Positions 59,690 to 64,000 of a DNA stretch of 64,000 bases are shown here, in pieces (the first letter of the stretch is position 1; each line of letters starts with the position of its first letter). A program made the position numbers and the translations under genes. Source of the DNA: Spirochaetia bacterium (lineage in GTDB: Bacteria; Spirochaetota; Spirochaetia; SZUA-6; Bin103); NCBI GenBank assembly GCA_965203055.1, contig OZ241863.1:32001-96000 (forward strand), written 5' to 3'. The notes below the pieces were generated by a model. The model was not told the origin of the DNA. It made no database searches and saw nothing but the letters and a program-made list of their open reading frames with translations.

Positions 59690-59869
59690 CTTTTACGCCG
59701 CGCATCATACGCGAACGATCGTGATTCGGCAAACAGGCGCAGGATCGGCACGGATCGGCACTGTGGGAAGCAACTGCCGGGGCCGACGGCGACTCCGCCT
59801 TGCGCCGGTGTGGCGCAAGCGGCGGGTGACGACCGAACGCCTCGACCGGGCACGTGATACGATGTCGGG

Positions 59870-60601
59870 GTGATGATCGATGCCATCTTCTTCGATTGGG
59901 ACGGTACGCTGATGGACGACGACGCGAGTTGGCGTCGATGCGTGTCGGCCGCGGCCGGCGCGGTCGCGCACCGCTGCCACGTCGATCCCGGCGAGCTGAC
60001 CGCCGCGTACCATGCGGCCGCGCAGCGCCTCTGGGAGGAAGTCAAGAACGTCAGCGGGCCGCCGTGGGGGAACACGGACGACCGCTGCCTCGTACGGCGG
60101 ACGTGGAACGCGGCCCTGCGCCGGCCGCACGCCTCCGGCGAGGCCGAGGCCGCGGCTGCGCAGGCGGTCGAAATCTACCTCCGGCTCAGATCGAAGGAGA
60201 CGCCGATCTACGATGACGTCGTCGATTGCCTGAGCGCCCTGCGCGGCCGCTATCGGCTTGGCGTGATTACCAACGGCTCGAACGCGACCCATCTTCCGAA
60301 GGTCGAAGCCTCCGGCCTGGGCCGCTACTTCGGTTCCGTGACCACCACCGACGTCGGTTCCGGCAAGCCGTTCCGGCCGATCTTCGCTCATGCGCTGGCC
60401 TCCCTGGATGCCGTACCGGCGCGCGCGCTCTACGTCGGCGACTGGCCGTTCGCGGACGTCGGCGGCGCCAATGGCGCCGGGATGTTTTCCGTGTGGATCA
60501 ACCGGACCGGCGCCGCGCTCCGTCCCGACGACCCGGTCCCGGACGCGCAGATCACCTCCCTGCGCGACCTGCCGCGCGTACTCGCCCGCCTGCAGGCATA
60601 G
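59870..60601 (+). CDS. HAD family hydrolase
   Basis: FFDWDGTL, VITNG, GKP, YVGD...DVGGA..AGM. Confidence 0.92.
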   Translation: MMIDAIFFDWDGTLMDDDASWRRCVSAAAGAVAHRCHVDPGELTAAYHAAAQRLWEEVKNVSGPPWGNTDDRCLVRRTWNAALRRPHASGEAEAAAAQAVEIYLRLRSKETPIYDDVVDCLSALRGRYRLGVITNGSNATHLPKVEASGLGRYFGSVTTTDVGSGKPFRPIFAHALASLDAVPARALYVGDWPFADVGGANGAGMFSVWINRTGAALRPDDPVPDAQITSLRDLPRVLARLQA

Positions 60602-60623
60602 CCGCCGCGGCGGCATTCTTCGG

Positions 60624-61985
60624 TCAGTCCACCGCCGGCAGCTCCGCCAACGCCTCGGCGATGCGCTCCTGCGGATACTCGTAGTTGACGAGCTGGCCGT
60701 CGAGGAACGAGCGGTACGCCTGCATGTCGAAGTGCCCGTGGCCGCACAGGTTGAAGGCGATCACCCGCGACTCGCCGGCCTCCTTGCAGCGCAGCGCTTC
60801 CTCGATGGCGACGTGAACGGCGTGCGCGGGCTCCGGCGCGGGCACGATCCCCTCGGTGCGCGCGAACAGCCGGGCCGCCTCGAACACCGGCACCTGCGGC
60901 ACGGCGCGCGCTTCGATCACGCCCAGGTCGTGCAGATGGCAGACCAGCGGCGCCATCCCGTGGTAGCGCAGGCCGCCGGCGTGAATCGGGGCCGGCACGA
61001 AGGAATGGCCCAGCGTGTACATCTTGAGCAGCGGCGTGGTGGCCGCCGCGTCGCCGAAGTCGTAGCGGTACTGTCCGCCGGTCAGGCTGGGCGCCGCCTG
61101 CGGCTCGACCGCCACGAAGCGCGTGGCGCGCGCGCCGCTCAGATTGGCGGGCACGAACGGGAAGATGAACCCGCCGAACGAGGAGCCGCCGCCGGTGCAG
61201 CCGACCATGACGTCGGGGTAGACGCCGGCGCGCTCGAACTGCGCCTGCGCCTCCAGGCCGATCACGGTCTGATGCAACAGCACGTGATTGAGCACCGATC
61301 CCAGGCAGTACTTCTTGCTGCCGCCGCTGGCGGCCGCCGCTTCCACCGCCTCCGAGATGGCGATGCCGAGCGATCCCGGCGAATCGGGCTGCCGCTCCAG
61401 CACCTGCCGGCCGGCGTTGGTGGCGGGCGACGGACTGGCGGTGACGCCGGCGCCGTAGGCCTCCATCATCGAACGGCGGTACGGCTTGCCGTCGTAGGAG
61501 ACGCGCACCATGTACACCTCGCAGTCGACGCCCAGGAACGCGCCGGCCATCGCCAGCGCGCTGCCCCACTGTCCGGCGCCGGTCTCGGTGGTGAGCTGCG
61601 TCACCCCTTCCTCGCGGTTGTAGAACGCCTGCGCCACCGCCGTGTTGGGCTTGTGCGAGCCGACCGGCGAGACGCCCTCGTACTTGTAGTAGAGGCGCGC
61701 GGGGGTATCGAGCTCCCGTTCCAGGCGCCGCGCCCGGAACAGCGGCGTCGGGCGCCACAGCCGGTAGATCTCGCGGATCGGCTCCGGAATCGGTATCTCC
61801 CGCTCCCGGCTGACCTCCTGCTCGATCAGCGCCAGTGCGAACAGCGGCGCCAGGTCATCGGGACCGATCGGGTCCATCCGGCCCGGATGGATCACCGGCG
61901 GCAACGGTTCCGGCAGGTCGGCCTGGATGTTGTACCAGGAGGCGGGAATCTCGGACTGCGGCAGATCGAAGCGAATCGTCTCCAT
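60624..61985 (-). CDS. trpB2: Tryptophan synthase beta chain, TrpB2 type
   Basis: [58 protein letters not shown]. Confidence 0.93.
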   Translation of the reverse strand: METIRFDLPQSEIPASWYNIQADLPEPLPPVIHPGRMDPIGPDDLAPLFALALIEQEVSREREIPIPEPIREIYRLWRPTPLFRARRLERELDTPARLYYKYEGVSPVGSHKPNTAVAQAFYNREEGVTQLTTETGAGQWGSALAMAGAFLGVDCEVYMVRVSYDGKPYRRSMMEAYGAGVTASPSPATNAGRQVLERQPDSPGSLGIAISEAVEAAAASGGSKKYCLGSVLNHVLLHQTVIGLEAQAQFERAGVYPDVMVGCTGGGSSFGGFIFPFVPANLSGARATRFVAVEPQAAPSLTGGQYRYDFGDAAATTPLLKMYTLGHSFVPAPIHAGGLRYHGMAPLVCHLHDLGVIEARAVPQVPVFEAARLFARTEGIVPAPEPAHAVHVAIEEALRCKEAGESRVIAFNLCGHGHFDMQAYRSFLDGQLVNYEYPQERIAEALAELPAVD

Positions 61986-62065
61986 CGTTTCTCCTCATCG
62001 TATTATCATAGCGCTGCTGCGGGCCATGATACCGCAAGCGACCGGAAAGGGAGCGACAGGCACAC

Positions 62066-62176
62066 GTGACGCGCAAGAAGCCGGCCAAGCGCCCGGACAA
62101 CTACCGGCACCCGGAAGCCGGGGCGCTGCTGCGCCCGGACATCGGCACCCAGCCGCGCGCGGTATCTGACCCGTGA
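62066..62176 (+). pseudogene. 36-codon ORF, possible N-terminal remnant of a DNA methyltransferase
   Basis: VTRKKPAKRPDNYRHPEAGALLRPDIGTQP...; purine-rich leader; GTGA overlap with the next gene; resemblance to Mod N-termini is from recall only. Confidence 0.4.
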
Positions 62177-63108
62177 TCCGGTCGGTTCGCATCCGCGGCT
62201 TCAAGCGGTTCGGCGAGGTCGAGTTCCGGCTGCCGGGGCACGTCGTGCTGGCCGGGCCCAACGACACCGGCAAGACCACGCTGCTGCAGGCGGTCGCGGC
62301 ATGGGCGCTCGCCCTGCGGCGCTGGCGGGAGCTCAACGACTTCAATCGCCGCAACGGCTACCGGCGGGCGCCGCTTGCCCGCCAGGCGTTCGCGGCGGTG
62401 CCGGTGCGCAACTTCGACCTGCTGTGGACCGACTGCCGCTACCGCGGGCAGATCGAGATCGAGCTGCGTCACGACGCCGGCTGGGCGGTGACGATGGAGT
62501 TGATCCCCGACAGCAGCGAACAGATCTACGTGCGACCGGCGAGTTCCTCGTCCGGCGACCTGCGCCGGATCGATCCGCAGGTGGTGTTCGTGCCGCCGAT
62601 GACCGGCCTCGGCACCGACGAACCGGTGCTGCAAGCCCCCAAGATCGAACAGCTTCTCGGCATCGGGCGGCCGGGTGAGGTGCTCCGCAACCTGCTGGCC
62701 GAGGCGAACCGCGACGCGGCGGCATGGGACGCGCTGCAGGCAACGATCGGCAAGCTGTTCGGCTATCGGCTGCTGCCGCCCGACGCCAGCGGCGCGCACA
62801 TCCGCGCGGAATACACCGTGACCGATCAGGGGCCGCCGTTCGACGTGGCCAGCGCCGGCAGCGGATTCCAACAGGTCCTGATGCTGCTGGCGTTTCTCAC
62901 CACCCGTCGCCGCGCCGTCCTGCTGCTGGACGAACCCGACGCCCATCTGCACGTGATCCTGCAAGACGCGATCTACCATGAGTTGCGCAGCGCCGCCGCC
63001 CGCCGCGGCTCGCAGCTCATCGTGGCCACCCATTCGGAAGTGGTCATCAACGCCGTCGAGCCGCGCGAACTCATTCGAGTCGACGCCCCTGGCACTAAGT
63101 ATCACTAA
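62173..63108 (+). CDS. ABC-type (AAA_15/AAA_21, OLD-like) ATPase, probably C-terminally truncated
   Basis: GFKRF, GPNDTGKT, AGSGFQQ, LLDEPDAHLH, ATHS; ends ~20 aa after the H-loop, where GC drops. Confidence 0.8.
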   Translation: MIRSVRIRGFKRFGEVEFRLPGHVVLAGPNDTGKTTLLQAVAAWALALRRWRELNDFNRRNGYRRAPLARQAFAAVPVRNFDLLWTDCRYRGQIEIELRHDAGWAVTMELIPDSSEQIYVRPASSSSGDLRRIDPQVVFVPPMTGLGTDEPVLQAPKIEQLLGIGRPGEVLRNLLAEANRDAAAWDALQATIGKLFGYRLLPPDASGAHIRAEYTVTDQGPPFDVASAGSGFQQVLMLLAFLTTRRRAVLLLDEPDAHLHVILQDAIYHELRSAAARRGSQLIVATHSEVVINAVEPRELIRVDAPGTKYH

Positions 63109-63159
63109 GATTGTCGGGTATGTAAGTTTGGTCACCCATTATGGGATACATAGAAGCCG

Positions 63160-64000
63160 ATGGACTCACCGAAGACACCGATTGACTTGTTCGGGCGCCC
63201 GGCGTACGTCCGGCCAAACGGGTCGCTGCTCAAGTGGATCGGCAACAAGTATAAGGTCGCAGAGGAGATTACCTCCTATTTCCCGGCCGAGATGCGGGCC
63301 TTCTACGACGTGTTTGTCGGCGGCGGTTCAATCCTGGCCACGGTAGCGCCGGCTCGCGGCGTGGGGTCGGACTCATTCGCGCCCTTGATCGAAATATGGA
63401 GCATGATTCGGTCCGATCCCGCTGTGGTCAAAGGGTGGTACGAGCAGCGCTGGCGGTATGCCATGTCGGGGGACCGCCGGGAGCGGTATGAAGAGATCAA
63501 GGCTTCATACAACGCCCGGTCGAATGGAGCCGACTTCCTGTATCTCACCCGCGCTTGCTACGGCGGCGTCATCAGGTTCAGGAAGCATGACGGTTATATG
63601 TCCACGCCGGTGGGCATTCATCGGCCCATCGAGCCCCGCAACTTCGCCAAGCGGGTGGACGAATGGCACGTGAGAGTACAAGGCACCGAGTTTATTCGTG
63701 CCGATTATGCCGACGTAATGGAACGCTGTGAGGCCGGAGATATGGTCTATTGCGACCCTCCGTATACCCACAGTCAAGCTATTTTGTATGGCGCCCAGGA
63801 CTTCAGCATCGTTCAGTTGTTCGAGTCGATCGAACGCTGCAAGACGCGAGGTGTTCGCGTCGCCCTGAGCATCGATGGTACCAAGAAGTCCGGGAGTGAG
63901 AACTGCCATGTTCCCATACCGGAAGGGTTGTTCGAGCGGCAGATCCTGGTCAAGACCGGGAGATCGATGCTGCGGCGCTTTCAGATGGATGGCCAGACCC
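63160..64000 (+). CDS. Dam/D12-class DNA adenine methyltransferase (partial, runs off window)
   Basis: Own translation from ATG 63160: LLKWIGNK, YDVFVGGGS, FLYLTRACYGG, VYCDPPY; no stop before 64000; absent from the ORF track. Confidence 0.9.
   Translation, partial: MDSPKTPIDLFGRPAYVRPNGSLLKWIGNKYKVAEEITSYFPAEMRAFYDVFVGGGSILATVAPARGVGSDSFAPLIEIWSMIRSDPAVVKGWYEQRWRYAMSGDRRERYEEIKASYNARSNGADFLYLTRACYGGVIRFRKHDGYMSTPVGIHRPIEPRNFAKRVDEWHVRVQGTEFIRADYADVMERCEAGDMVYCDPPYTHSQAILYGAQDFSIVQLFESIERCKTRGVRVALSIDGTKKSGSENCHVPIPEGLFERQILVKTGRSMLRRFQMDGQT

Noticed and set aside
59742..59825. GGATCGGCAC x2 and hairpin CTTGCGCC-GGTGT-GGCGCAAG as an ncRNA or riboswitch
   Set aside because: No recognisable family consensus; short GC-rich stems are expected by chance

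Overview
High-GC (roughly 70% by eye) bacterial chromosomal window. It is probably from a diderm, because it encodes a lipoprotein and an outer-membrane-type protein. Housekeeping and catabolic blocks include an aldo-keto reductase, M20/M3B/C1/S58 peptidases, two Opp/Dpp-type ABC operons, ppk1-ROK-ppx, pyrE, MoxR-DUF58-membrane protein-MoxR, GH31, YdcF, an aldolase-like protein, DinB-like, SDR, HAD and trpB2. These alternate with defence and accessory patches. (i) ~5.2-22.1 kb: a type III R-M locus whose mod and res genes are separated by a direct-repeat-flanked insert (receiver-like gene, res remnant, cupin); a low-GC Vsr + GHKL-nuclease + C5-methylase module; Uma2; an AAA_14/DUF4143-type ATPase; PP2C; and two near-identical tandem AAA-ATPase/PD-(D/E)xK genes that differ mainly in one short segment. 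(ii) ~40.8-45.7 kb: a second DUF4143-type ATPase, an MNT-HEPN pair and a small-protein/nucleotidyltransferase pair. (iii) ~56.3-64 kb: a third AAA/PD-(D/E)xK gene, a PARIS-like fused ABC-ATPase/TOPRIM gene, an apparently truncated ABC-ATPase and a Dam-family methylase running off the window end. No rRNA, tRNA, CRISPR array, transposase or integrase was recognised. All family calls come from motifs read by eye; no database searches were run.
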